A program made the translations under genes and the position numbers. This document shows, piece by piece, positions 24,583 to 35,784 of a stretch of 64,000 nt of DNA. The notes under the pieces are model-generated. The model was not told the DNA's origin. It did not search any database and was given only the letters and a program-made list of their open reading frames with translations. This DNA comes from Gekko japonicus. Lineage: Eukaryota. Numbering within the stretch: the first letter of the stretch is position 1; each line of letters starts with the position of its first letter. The DNA lies in contig NW_015171504.1 in NCBI RefSeq assembly GCF_001447785.1, forward strand, positions 364,655 through 428,654. Direction: 5' to 3'.

Positions 24583-24696
24583 GGAGATTTGAGGAAAGAT
24601 TACAGCAAAACATACTTTCTTGTTCCCAGCCTTCATTTTACTGCTAGAGGGGCTATTTTACCAAATCTTGTCCCTAGAGACTTCAGAATGTTTGAG
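24583..24696 (+). CDS. Candidate internal exon (GDLRKDYSKTYFLVPSLHFTARGAILPNLVPRDFRMFE)
   Basis: Strong acceptor ctttccttcttttctag and donor GAG|gtaccc. 114 bp, phase 0-0 and open. Confidence 0.3.
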
Positions 24697-24934
24697 GTAC
24701 CCATGTCTAATTGAACTGAATGGAAAACATGGACATTTAGAAATCAATGGTGTTTCCAAGTTATAATTTATTTATTTATTTATTTATTATATTTATACCC
24801 GGCCCTCCCCGCGAACAGGCTCAGGGTGGCTTACACAGGCACAAAGTGCATACAATATATAAAACAGTTAAAATTCCATATAGATAAAACAGTTAAAATT
24901 CAAGTCCATCGGAGGGGGTGAACAAACGTGGACA

Positions 24935-25687
24935 NNNNNNNNNNNNNNNNNNNNNNNNNNNNNNNNNNNNNNNNNNNNNNNNNNNNNNNNNNNNNNNNNN
25001 NNNNNNNNNNNNNNNNNNNNNNNNNNNNNNNNNNNNNNNNNNNNNNNNNNNNNNNNNNNNNNNNNNNNNNNNNNNNNNNNNNNNNNNNNNNNNNNNNNNN
25101 NNNNNNNNNNNNNNNNNNNNNNNNNNNNNNNNNNNNNNNNNNNNNNNNNNNNNNNNNNNNNNNNNNNNNNNNNNNNNNNNNNNNNNNNNNNNNNNNNNNN
25201 NNNNNNNNNNNNNNNNNNNNNNNNNNNNNNNNNNNNNNNNNNNNNNNNNNNNNNNNNNNNNNNNNNNNNNNNNNNNNNNNNNNNNNNNNNNNNNNNNNNN
25301 NNNNNNNNNNNNNNNNNNNNNNNNNNNNNNNNNNNNNNNNNNNNNNNNNNNNNNNNNNNNNNNNNNNNNNNNNNNNNNNNNNNNNNNNNNNNNNNNNNNN
25401 NNNNNNNNNNNNNNNNNNNNNNNNNNNNNNNNNNNNNNNNNNNNNNNNNNNNNNNNNNNNNNNNNNNNNNNNNNNNNNNNNNNNNNNNNNNNNNNNNNNN
25501 NNNNNNNNNNNNNNNNNNNNNNNNNNNNNNNNNNNNNNNNNNNNNNNNNNNNNNNNNNNNNNNNNNNNNNNNNNNNNNNNNNNNNNNNNNNNNNNNNNNN
25601 NNNNNNNNNNNNNNNNNNNNNNNNNNNNNNNNNNNNNNNNNNNNNNNNNNNNNNNNNNNNNNNNNNNNNNNNNNNNNNNNNNNNNNN
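24935..25687. other. Assembly gap (N)
   Basis: N run. Confidence 0.99.
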
Positions 25688-25881
25688 CGAAAACCAAAAA
25701 GAACTGTGATGATGTGACGTTTAATAAATTTATTTAAGAAACAAAATTATACAATAAGTGAACAATAATATACAGAATAATAGTAAATTGACGGTGGTTG
25801 ATCGTCTTCCGAACAAAGATGTGAGACAAATATACTGTCTCTTGGTGCTTAGTACCTAGTAAGTACTAATCTTGGTGCTTG

Positions 25882-26040
25882 GGGGGGTCAACAGTGGGAG
25901 GGCTTCTAATGTCCTGGCCCCACTGGTGGACCTCCTGATGGCACTGGTATTTCTGGCCACTGTGTGACACAGAGTGTTGGACGGGATGGGCCTTTGGCCT
26001 GATCCAACTTTGGTGTCTCTTATGTTCTTATGTTCTTATG
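25882..26040 (+). mobile_element. CR1 3' end
   Basis: GGATGGGCCTTTGGCCTGATCCAAC followed by a (TTCTTATG)n tail. Confidence 0.85.
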
Positions 26041-27675
26041 ACTAAAACTCCCAGCATCTTACATAGCAGAAGAGAGGGCCAGGGCCACAGCTAGATGATA
26101 CCCAGCCCTCCGGCAGTATCACTGTATAATGGAGCAGTGGTGGTAGTGGCAGTGGCAGCTCCTACTCAAAAGCCTGGAGGAAGAGCTCCATCTTGCAGGC
26201 CCTGCAGAACTGCATAAGGTCCCGCAGGGCCCTGATCTCCTCCGGGAGCTTGTTCCACCAGATAGGAGCCACCACTGAAAAGGGCATGGCTCTCGTTGCT
26301 GCAAGCCTGGCCTCCTTAGGGCCCGGGGTCACCAGCCGGTGTTGTGACCCCAACCAAAGTGCTCTTTGGGGAATATATGGGGAAATGCGGTCCGTCAGTT
26401 ATGTCTGACCCTGGCCATGTAGGGCTTTAAAGGTAAGCACCAGCACTTTGAAGTGAATCCCCACGTCGGCGAGGCGGTGGGCCAGCAGCTGGTGGTCGAC
26501 CGTATCAAATGCCTTGATCCGGATGTCTCCGGAGGTCATCAGTAAGGGCAACCAGCACTGTCTCCATCCTGGGCGAAAACCTGGGCGAAAACCAGACTGG
26601 AATGGGTCAAGGACAGAAGCGTCATCTAAAAGTGTCAATGTAGTGTAATATCGGTAAGACTAATTCAGCAGTATTATCTGTTATGAATGCACACAGGAAT
26701 GCAGGAATTCTGACTCACTGAAGGTCCTATAGCCAGGTATAGCAGATGGCTACTATACCAATGGGGTTAGATTAGAATGAGTCTTGGGGATAGACCTGGA
26801 TTTAAGTCCCCATTGAGTATATTGGACGTTAAGTGGTCACTCAAAGCTCCATTCTAAGCAATCTCAAAGGGTTTTAGTGAGGGGGGGATCTGTTTCCCAA
26901 CCCAGTGAATGCCTTTGCCATGCTCCTTTGGGATTTTTTTTTTTTGCCTCTGAAATTTCCCATCCACTGTTCTAAATTAGCTTGAGAGTTGGTCCTTGTT
27001 TGCTCACTCTTCCCAAATGACTCAAGATTCTTCTGTAGGACAGAGTAGGACATTAGCAATAGGTTTTCTTATTGCTATCATTGTCAAAACTATCCACTCA
27101 GAGCTGGGTGTGGAAGGCTCATTAGGACACAAGATCAGGCAAAATGGTTACTTGAGATGTCTTTTAAAAAGCATAGATAGGACAGGGTTTGCTCTGTAAA
27201 GACCAACATGTAAAGAATGGATAGTTCTAAACCTTAAGTGGCAGGGAGAATGTGACATGCCTGCTTCCTGGGCTCCATATGTTTGAGTGTATTTCTGCCT
27301 CTTTGTTGTTCCACTTCTTTACCAACCAATTTGATGAGGCCAATGGGGACCAAAATGCACTAAACTTTGGGACCCATGGGCTTCATATAAACTGGTCTTC
27401 TTCTCAAGTAAATGAGATTATTTAGTTCTTGGACTGGGCAATGACTGAGCAGCTAGTATTCAAATACAAATGCAAAGCTGCTTAGCATGGTGCTATGCAC
27501 AAGGTGCACTTCTCCAGAGACTCACATGTAATCATTGCAGTTCTAAAAAGGTAAATTTGTCACAAAATTAGCAGCACACCTACTAACCATAGCCTGCTTC
27601 TCCACTGCAAATCAAGTCCCCAAACTCAAATCTACCATCAAAAATGTAGTTCTAGCCTAACCATAATTGAAAACA

Positions 27676-27875
27676 ATAGAGCTAGTGTACAGATTAGTAC
27701 AAAAAAAAATTATTAAGTTAGTTGTGGTTAATGTTGACCAGATTCATCCTAAGTGGAGGAGAGCGTAACATACATTTATAGAGCTAGTGTACAGATTTGT
27801 ACGAAAAACCATTCATTAGTTGTGGTTAATGTTGACCAGATTCGTCCTAAGTGGAGGAGAGCGTAACATACATTT
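27676..27875. repeat. Tandem duplication, 2 x ~100 bp
   Basis: ATAGAGCTAGTGTACAGATT...GTAACATACATTT occurs twice. Confidence 0.93.
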
Positions 27876-29747
27876 GGTTTAGCTCTTCCCTTCTCTGTCC
27901 ACGGAGACATATTGCAAATAATTTAATTGTGTAATATAACATTTTAATTTTAGATGAATTCCCATTCTTAAGTCAATCCCTATAAACCTTTTATTTATCA
28001 AATATTATTCAGTTTTTAGTTCACTGTTGAACTGCCACGGTTAAGTGTTTTAATGAGATTGATATCATCAGCAACAAACTAGTCAGCTCTTTCAGTTGGT
28101 TATTATAAGGTAACTTCCTCATTTTCTCTGGGGACCCTGGCAGGAAAAAGTGTTTAATAATAAGGAGACTGTGGAAATGGAGATGAGATTTCATAAACAC
28201 ATAGAAATAATTCAGAAGTTCAGTCAAGCAAAAGATTTTGAGAACTTTAACATTTCAATATAATATTTTATTAGATAACTAGAGCAATAAAACTCAAATC
28301 TCTAATACAAAATTTTACTGTTTTGGTAATAAAATGAGCAAGCTTTTAGTAAAATTACTTTCTGGCTTTCCTGAGCCAAGAGCCATTTTCTTTACAATAA
28401 TCAAAGGAGCAACTGTCTATTTACTCTAGAGAATTTCTGACTGTCTCTGGGTGTTTTTAGCCAGTTTGTTGATCATTCCTAAAGCACCTTTACAGACTTA
28501 AAGCTGATTTATTTCTAGCCTTTTTCAAATATTGTGTTCAGGGTGACAATTATGTCTCAAAGCCTACATATAAAATGTAAAATTTAGAACAGACAATCTA
28601 TTGATCTGAGTTCTGTGTTCCAGCCAAAAAGAGATACAAAGTGCACTGCAGTCTCCCTCCCATCTCCTCATTCCCTGCACCATTCCAAAGTGTGTGAACC
28701 TGACTTCCGGTTTACAAAGCAGCAATGGCGGTCACTCTCCCTGAGCTGCGGGAGGGCGAATCGCACACCAGCGGCCTGGAGAGGTGTCACCTCAAGTGAC
28801 ACCCCCGCAGAGCCTTTGCGATAGGCTCCAGGCCAGAGGGTTTTTGAGGGGTAGCCTCTTCGATGACGTAATGCCGGAGAATTGACGCTCCCCTCCACCC
28901 TGATAGTCCAGTCGCTGTGTGGCCTTCGGACACAAGCTGGTTTGACCAGGACAAGCACCGGAGATCGAAAAGAAGATTGTTAAAACGCAGTGTGGTCAGA
29001 GAATCTGACCGACAATGAACATGAGTTCTGAATAAAACGGACTTTAAAAAAAAGCGAATTCCCTGCCCTGTGCGGGAAGAAGCAGATGCAAAGAGGGACG
29101 TCTCTTATGCGAATAATCAATAAACGACACGAAGGGGGAAAAGAGGGGAGGAAAGTAGCACGTGTGTTGTGAGAGACTTAGTTGATTTTTGAAATTGTGA
29201 GCGAGTTTCTCGAGTCGGGAGAAAGCGGTGGGAAGTGTAAACAAATTGTCAGAGGCAGTCAGAGTCCTAAACTGGAAGAGGGTGCAGATGTCATTAAACT
29301 ACTAGCAGATATGCTCAAGCCGGTGATGGAACAACTCGATGGTATTAACCAGCAACTGACTGCGATGAACAAGAACTTTGCATCTCAACAGCTCCAGCTG
29401 AATGAAACGGAAAAGAAAGTGGAGCAGGCTAATGAGAAAATTCAAGAGATGGACACCACAAGTAAGAAGTTGAAGAAAAGACTGGGAGAGGTGGAAACAA
29501 AGCAAAATTTTTTAAAAAACATGTACTGCAACTACAGATGGAAAAAGCCAATATGATTCTCAGGTCCCAGGGAGTTCCTGAAGCAGCAAAAGAAGACCTG
29601 AGGAGTTTGCTTAGTGAGATTATTGCTCCAGTGATAGGCTCTACAGCAGATGAACTAGTAAAAGATATGGAGGTGGCCTATAGGGCATACTCCAATTATA
29701 TTAAAAGAAAAGCCTACCTGGAGAAATTGTGGTCAGATTCTCAAGAA

Positions 29748-30005
29748 AAGCTTATAGATTCTTGGTCAGAAGAAGACGTTTGTCGAAACGGCATCACATT
29801 CCGGAGACCACCATCCTGCCGTCGTTGTTTCCTTCTATCTTATGTAACTGGATTTACAATTTGAATGTATTAGTATCACTTTTGTAATTTTCATATTTAT
29901 AACATTATTGTTATCATTAAAGAAATATTGAGCGCACTTTACACAGTTCCTGTGGCTCTATCTTTTCATGTCTATGGACTGTGACCATATTTGTCTTTGT
30001 ACATA
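29748..30005 (+). mobile_element. 258-bp insertion in ORF1; retrozyme/Penelope-pLTR-like
   Basis: 14-bp TSD CAGATTCTCAAGAA at 29734-29747 and 30006-30019. Removing the insert restores the ORF1 reading IVVRFSRRQTRDA. Confidence 0.8.
29761..29830 (+). ncRNA. Type I hammerhead ribozyme-like fold (core variant CAGAAGA; possibly inactive)
   Basis: CAGAAGA-A, then stem II GAC/GTC (loop GTTT), GAAA, stem III ACGGCA/TGCCGT, and a GUC triplet ending at 29823. Stem I is weak. Confidence 0.6.
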
Positions 30006-30741
30006 CAGATTCTCAAGAAGACAGACCAGAGATGCTATTCTAAAAGCAACATCAGCAACTCCACTGAAAATGGGAAATGTAACGACCAAGACGCTAAAAG
30101 ACATTCCATTTGAAATTCAGCAAAAGAGGAAAAATTACAAAGATTTTATTGCTTTTCTTCAAACTAATGGAATAACGTATAGGTGGGCGATCCCAGAAGG
30201 TGTCATCTTTAAGATCAATGATAAAAGAGAGAAGATAGACTCCATTTCCAAGGCTAAAGAGTTTTTGCGGCGTCAGCTTGGAACAGAGGAAAAGTCTAAG
30301 GAGGAAGAAACAAAATCCAGTGACTCTGCTACCTCTGGAACGGAAAAAGACTCTGCTACAGAAACAGGTGCTGGACCTGCCAAAGTTGTCTACGATTTTA
30401 GAGACAGAAAGCCAAAGGAAAGGCAGAAGGACTTGGAAACTGGCCTTTTGAAGCAAAGAACACGAAGATGATCAGAAAGTTCTCTCATAACAACTAACAT
30501 AATAACATATAAACATGGAAGATGAGCAGGAACTTTACAAGTATATTGTGATACTGACACTTGTGGTACTAACGTTTACACTAACAGAAATAAGATCTCC
30601 TCCTCTTGGGTTTTTAGTTTAGTGTGGTTATCTTTCCTTTATCCCTAGTTGTAGTTCCCCTTCCTAATTTTCTTTGTAGTTTGTAGTTTAATGCAAAATA
30701 AAAAAAAATATCCCTTCGGGGGTTTTAAAAAAAGTGTGTGA

Positions 30742-30744
<3 letters not shown>

Positions 30745-30779
<35 letters not shown>
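30745..30779. repeat. (TG)n microsatellite
   Basis: Seen directly in the sequence. Confidence 0.97.
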
Positions 30780-30781
<2 letters not shown>

Positions 30782-31393
30782 GCCAGGCCAGGATGCGTGC
30801 ATTGAAGGAACTAGGGTTAGCCCAAGAAGTAGCAAGAGGTAGTGTGTAATCAGTAGTGTGTGCTTCCAAAGTATTCCCTGTTCTCCCAGTCACTTATCCA
30901 GCTTCCATTTACACTACAGTAAGTACCAACACCATGGGTTTAAATTTTAAGAAATCCGCACAAGGTGGTTAAAGAAGCCTCAGTTACTTCAGCACAAGGT
31001 GGTTAAAGAAGCCTCAGTTACTACAATTTAGGTACAAGAGTAAAGCATTACTGTTTCAGCTGGGATGACTAATCACCTAGCTCCTTCTGTTTAGCCAGAA
31101 GAAGGACTGGTTGAGGCCACTGGTATTCATGAGGGTAAACAACTTTTTCAAAGTAATCTCCTGCTGCACGTTAGTACTGGAATTGATACCTGCAATTAAT
31201 AACACTGGATAGGAAGAAGAGACAAGCCAGGGAGGAGAGAACTTGAAAACTTGGTTTTTGACATTCTCCATTAAATAAGCTACAGGCCATTTTTGTCCAC
31301 TTCCCTATTCAAAATACAGCAGAAGTACCTGGGGTGGCAAAGCTGAGACTGAAGCCTTATGCAACCCAGCCAATAATCACAGATAAAAGAACT

Positions 31394-34300
31394 TTTTAAA
31401 AAATTATTTAAAAATATGAAAAATGTACATTAAAAATAACTTCAACAATCCCCCGGGTTCCCCTCACCCCCCCATAATTAAAAAAAGGTTCATATAAGCT
31501 ACTTTATAAAACAACAAGGATCTAACTGAATAAATTACTATAACTACACTCCACAGAACAGACTGTAGACCTAACATAAGGCTAATCAGAGATTTATCAG
31601 GTCCAAATTATCAGCTGTAGCGGGAATCACAGCTTGCGACTTCAGGTAGTCTAGGATTGGTGCCCAAGTATGAAACAGTCGTGATTTATAGGTGGTATGT
31701 GTTTCTCGTAGGATTTTATCAGTCAATTTAGCAATTATAAAGCAGTCCCATATCCTATTTTGCCAAGCTGAGATAGAGGGATCCCTACTATCCTTCCACT
31801 TAGCCGCGATTTCCATCTTTGCTAAGGCAAGTAGAGTCAGGACTATTTGTTTGTTTGAAGATTGTAAAATAGATTCAAGTGTTTTATGAAGTAATAATGC
31901 TTCAGGTGTTTCCGGTAGATTGAGACCTGTTATATCTTGGATGGCAGCACTAATAAGTACCCAAAAGCGCCTGACTCTAGGGCATGACCACCAACAATGG
32001 AGATATCCTGCAGTCCTACCACATCCCTTCCAACATAAATTATTGTTCGTCTTGTAAATATGTGCCAGTCGCGTTGGAGTCAAATACCATCGGTTAATCA
32101 ATTTCAGATATTGTAGTTGGAGTGGCAGAAATTTAATATATCTTGTGGTAAAGGCACACATTGAGTCCCAATCCTGTTCTGTTGAAGACATCATACAGTC
32201 CGAATCCCATTTCTTCATCGTACTAATCATATATTTATTATCCATCCGAATTAAAAGTTGATATATTATAGATAGTTTATGTCTCAGCGTAGCACTGTCC
32301 CGAGCTAATACGACCTCGAAACCTGTTTCTTTCTCCTTCAAATCAGTTTTGAAATTCCTTTCGGAAAATTTGGAGTGCAGTTGAAAGTAATGGATCCATG
32401 AGATCTTTTGATCAATTAAAGTCTCAAGGTCTTGCTTTGGCAACAGTTCACCTTCATGTAGTATATCTTTGATTAAATAAAGTCCCTGACTTCTCCATTT
32501 TTTAATTATATTTTCTAGATCTTCTGGAAACCAACCATGTCCAGTTAGAGTCGACAATGGAGAAAATTTACGTACTAGACCAGTCTTCCATTTGTCCCAT
32601 ATACGGAGAGTGGTCTGCAGATAAATATTAGNNNNNNNNNNNNNNNNNNNNNNNNNNNNNNNNNNNNNNNNNNNNNNNNNNNNNNNNNNNNNNNNNNNNN
32701 NNNNNNNNNNNNNNNNNNNNNNNNNNNNNNNNNNNNNNNNNNNNNNNNNNNNNNNNNNNNNNNNNNNNNNNNNNNNNNNNNNNNNNNNNNNNNNNNNNNN
32801 NNNNNNNNNNNNNNNNNNNNNNNNNNNNNNNNNNNNNNNNNNNNNNNNNNNNNNNNNNNNNNNNNNNNNNNNNNNNNNNNNNNNNNNNNNNNNNNNNNNN
32901 NNNNNNNNNNNNNNNNNNNNNNNNNNNNNNNNNNNNNNNNNNNNNNNNNNNNNNNNNNNNNNNNNNNNNNNNNNNNNNNNNNNNNNNNNNNNNNNNNNNN
33001 NNNNNNNNNNNNNNNNNNNNNNNNNNNNNNNNNNNNNNNNNNNNNNNNNNNNNNNNNNNNNNNNNNNGTTATTTAAGTCTAATGGGATCCATACACCCAA
33101 GAGACGCCATTTATGTTTGACCCATTGGAGGGTAAAAATGTTTCGTAAGGCCTGTCTATCAGTTTCCTGTAAATGTATCGGATGAACTTCCGTCTTATCA
33201 CGGTTGACTTTCAGGCCTGAAATTGTCGCAAATGCATGCAATATATTCTGAACATGTTGTAATGAAGTTTCCGGCTTGGTTATATAGAGTACCGCATCAT
33301 CCGCGAATAAGCTGATCTTATGTTCGCTTGAGCCTATCTGCACTCCCCGGATGTTGTTTTCATTCCGTAACCAATTAGCTAGCTGTTCAATACATATTGC
33401 AAACAGCAGAGGGGATAGAGGACACCCCTGTCTTGTGCCTCTCAGTATCGAGATAGATTGAGACATATGATTATTTATCCTTATCTTTGCTTCAGGTCTA
33501 TAATAAAGCGAATCAATGGCCATCATAAAGGCAGGTCCGAAGTTCATGGATCGAAGAAGATTTTTAAGGTAAGTGAAGCTGATAGAGTCAAATGCTTTCT
33601 CAAAATCGAGAGCCATAACTAGGGCTTTGATCTTTCCCAATTGGCAATGTCGTATAATATTCAATGTACGTCTAATATTGTTCGCCATCGAGCGACCCGG
33701 GATAAATCCCGTCTGATCTGGGGTTATATAAGAGGTGATAATGTTTTGCATGCGTTTCGATAAGATGGTCGTAAATATCTTCAAATCGACATTGAGTAGT
33801 GCGATTGGTCTATAAGATGCACATAATGTCTTATCTTTTGCAGATTTCAAGATAGGTGCCAGTATCGCTTCCCTCCAAGATACAGGCATATCACCGTGTT
33901 CCAATATCCGGTTAAAGGTATCTTCCAAAACTGGAATGAGAACATCTTTGAAAGCTTTAAAAAATTCGGCTGGGTAGCCGTCGGGACCTGCCGTTTTATT
34001 ATTCTTAAGATTCTGTATAGCTTCCTGTATTTCCTCAGTTGTAATAAATGCATCCATATAGTTTCTATGTTCTTCCGTTAATGTTTTAAAGAATAAACTA
34101 AATTTATCAAAGAACATATGTGTGTGTGCTATTGGTTGCACATCAGGAGCATATAGAGAACCATAATAATCCTCGAAAGAATGCAAGATGTCCTTTATAT
34201 CACCCGTGAGTTTTCCATTTTTATTTATAAAGTCAATTACATTCGATGCCTTCTTCTTTTTCACCCTCCATGCTAACAATCTGGTCGCCCTTGGAGATTT

Positions 34301-35290
34301 TTGCCAATGTGTCTGTTTAAGATAAATCAGGTTTTGTTTGATTTTATCAACTTCAAAGGACTCAAGCTCCTTTTGGGTTTTTAATAGGAGTTGGTAAGTG
34401 CTGCGGCATCCCGTCGCCTTATGATGTCTTTCGAGAGCCTGAATCCTAGTAGTTATATCCAGCCTTTTTTGTTCTCTCAATTTTTTCAAACGAGACGTAA
34501 GCGAAATTAATGATCCACGTAAAGTAGCTTTCAGGGCGTCCCATTTGACAGACATTGTACAATCAGTATTTTCATGATTGTCGAGATACTCTTGTATGAG
34601 TTTAGGGACCTCCTGTTTCAGACAGTCCGAGTGTATTACATTCCTGTTCAGGACCCAATGATAAGGAGTCCGAACGTTATTGGCCATGACAAAGTCACAG
34701 GTGACCCAGCAGTGGTCTGTCATTGTTTTAAGGCCAATATCAGATCTAAATATCTTTTGGGCATCCCGTTTAAGTGTTAGTATATAATCTAGTCTTGTAT
34801 GGACATTATATTTAGCAGAGAAGTACGTATAATCACGAGCCTCGGGGTTGACATGTCTCCAACAGTCAAGGAATCCATATTTCTCGAATAGGGAGTACAA
34901 TTTCGTGTAGGAGTCATCAGTAAACGTTACCCGGGAATTATGTCGATATGTTCGATCCACTCTCAAATTTGAGATATAATTAAAATCACCGGCAAGTAGC
35001 AAAGTACCTTCACAAAATACACTTATTTTATAGAATATCTCATCTAAAAATTTAATTTGGCCTTTATTTGGTGCATAAATCGATACTATAGTTACCATTT
35101 CCTTGTCTATATAGCCTTTTACCATAACATATCTACCTTCCGGATCCTTACAGGTCTCTTTCTCCTGAAAATTTATATTTTTACATATCAATACTGCTGT
35201 CCCTCTAGCCTTGGAGGTGCCTCCCGCCAAAAATTGATAAGGAAAAGAACTGACCAAATCCCTATACAGAGAATCTCTCCACATGTTGAC
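31394..35290 (-). mobile_element. L1-clade LINE, 5'-truncated inside the EN domain; near-complete ORF2 (EN-RT-CCHC) with 3'UTR
   Basis: EN motifs IYAPN, GDFN, RLDY, TDH. RT motifs YRPIALLN, LDFEKAFD, GTRQGCPLSPLLF, LFADD. CCHC motif CWKGC...HCWWSC. No stops in the sequenced parts, though the ORF spans the N gap. Confidence 0.93.
32632..33067. other. Assembly gap (N) inside L1 ORF2
   Basis: N run. Confidence 0.99.
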
Positions 35291-35784
35291 CGAGCATGTA
35301 AGGGAGGAAAGAAGGCATGAGAATCCTGGTCCTCCCCCGCCACCAGGGATTCCTGGCTTGTGACCATGGAGTCTACACACAGAGTTAGTGTCTGTGTGTA
35401 CACTCCCCCCTCTTGATTGGCAGCCTTCAGAAAGCAGTGTTCTTGATGATGGGAAGGGAGTGTATGCATGGACACTTGGTCCACATGTTCACACCAGGCA
35501 GATGATCCAGTGAACACAGAGAGGCATGGGTTGAGGCCAGTGCACTCATGCCCACGTACCTTCCCACATGTTCAGTCAATTAACAGATGGGTAGACGGCT
35601 TATGTCTCGTCCACTTTTGGGATCCATCTGTTTTTGCAGCTGTTACCCTGTAATTATAAGGAGGGTCTAGCTGGCCCATCCTCTGAAAGAAAGACAGTCT
35701 CCTTTCATCTTCATATGCCTCAGGATGCTTGCTACGTGCATGTTAGTAACTTGCACTATTCTTGCAAACTTAGTTAGTGCCTAG

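Larger units (their letters stand above)
24765..26635 (-). mobile_element. L2 LINE 3' portion, interrupted by an assembly gap and other inserts
   Basis: (TTTA)n tail plus GGCTCAGGGTGGCTTACA. 26162-26460 encodes FSVVAPIWWNKLP and FKVLVLTFKALHG. Homologous to 38527-39125. Confidence 0.8.
28702..30730 (+). mobile_element. ORF1-only L1 derivative (half-L1/HAL1-like), full length, degenerate
   Basis: CpG-rich 5'UTR starting GACTTCCGG...ATGGCG. ORF1 pieces: coiled coil (29182-29556), RRM (PGEIVVRFSR) and CTD (QKRKNYK...YRWAIPEG, ending at 30471). AATAAA and an A-tail follow. 15-bp TSD AAAGTGTGTGAACCT at 28687-28701 and 30731-30745. Confidence 0.82.

Noticed and set aside
24900-25737. ORFs of 263-269 aa (and the 14181-14591 ORF)
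   Set aside because: They consist mostly or partly of N-gap X residues.
28702-35290. One full-length L1 whose ORF2 half was inverted (ORF1 on plus, ORF2 on minus)
   Set aside because: The ORF1 part has its own poly(A) signal, A-tail and perfect 15-bp TSD, so it is an independent insertion. The geometry also does not fit twin priming.
35290-35380. N-terminus of the 1264-aa ORF as the real L1 ORF2 start
   Set aside because: It lacks the EN N-terminal NxxG and QET motifs and is flanking DNA read in frame by chance.
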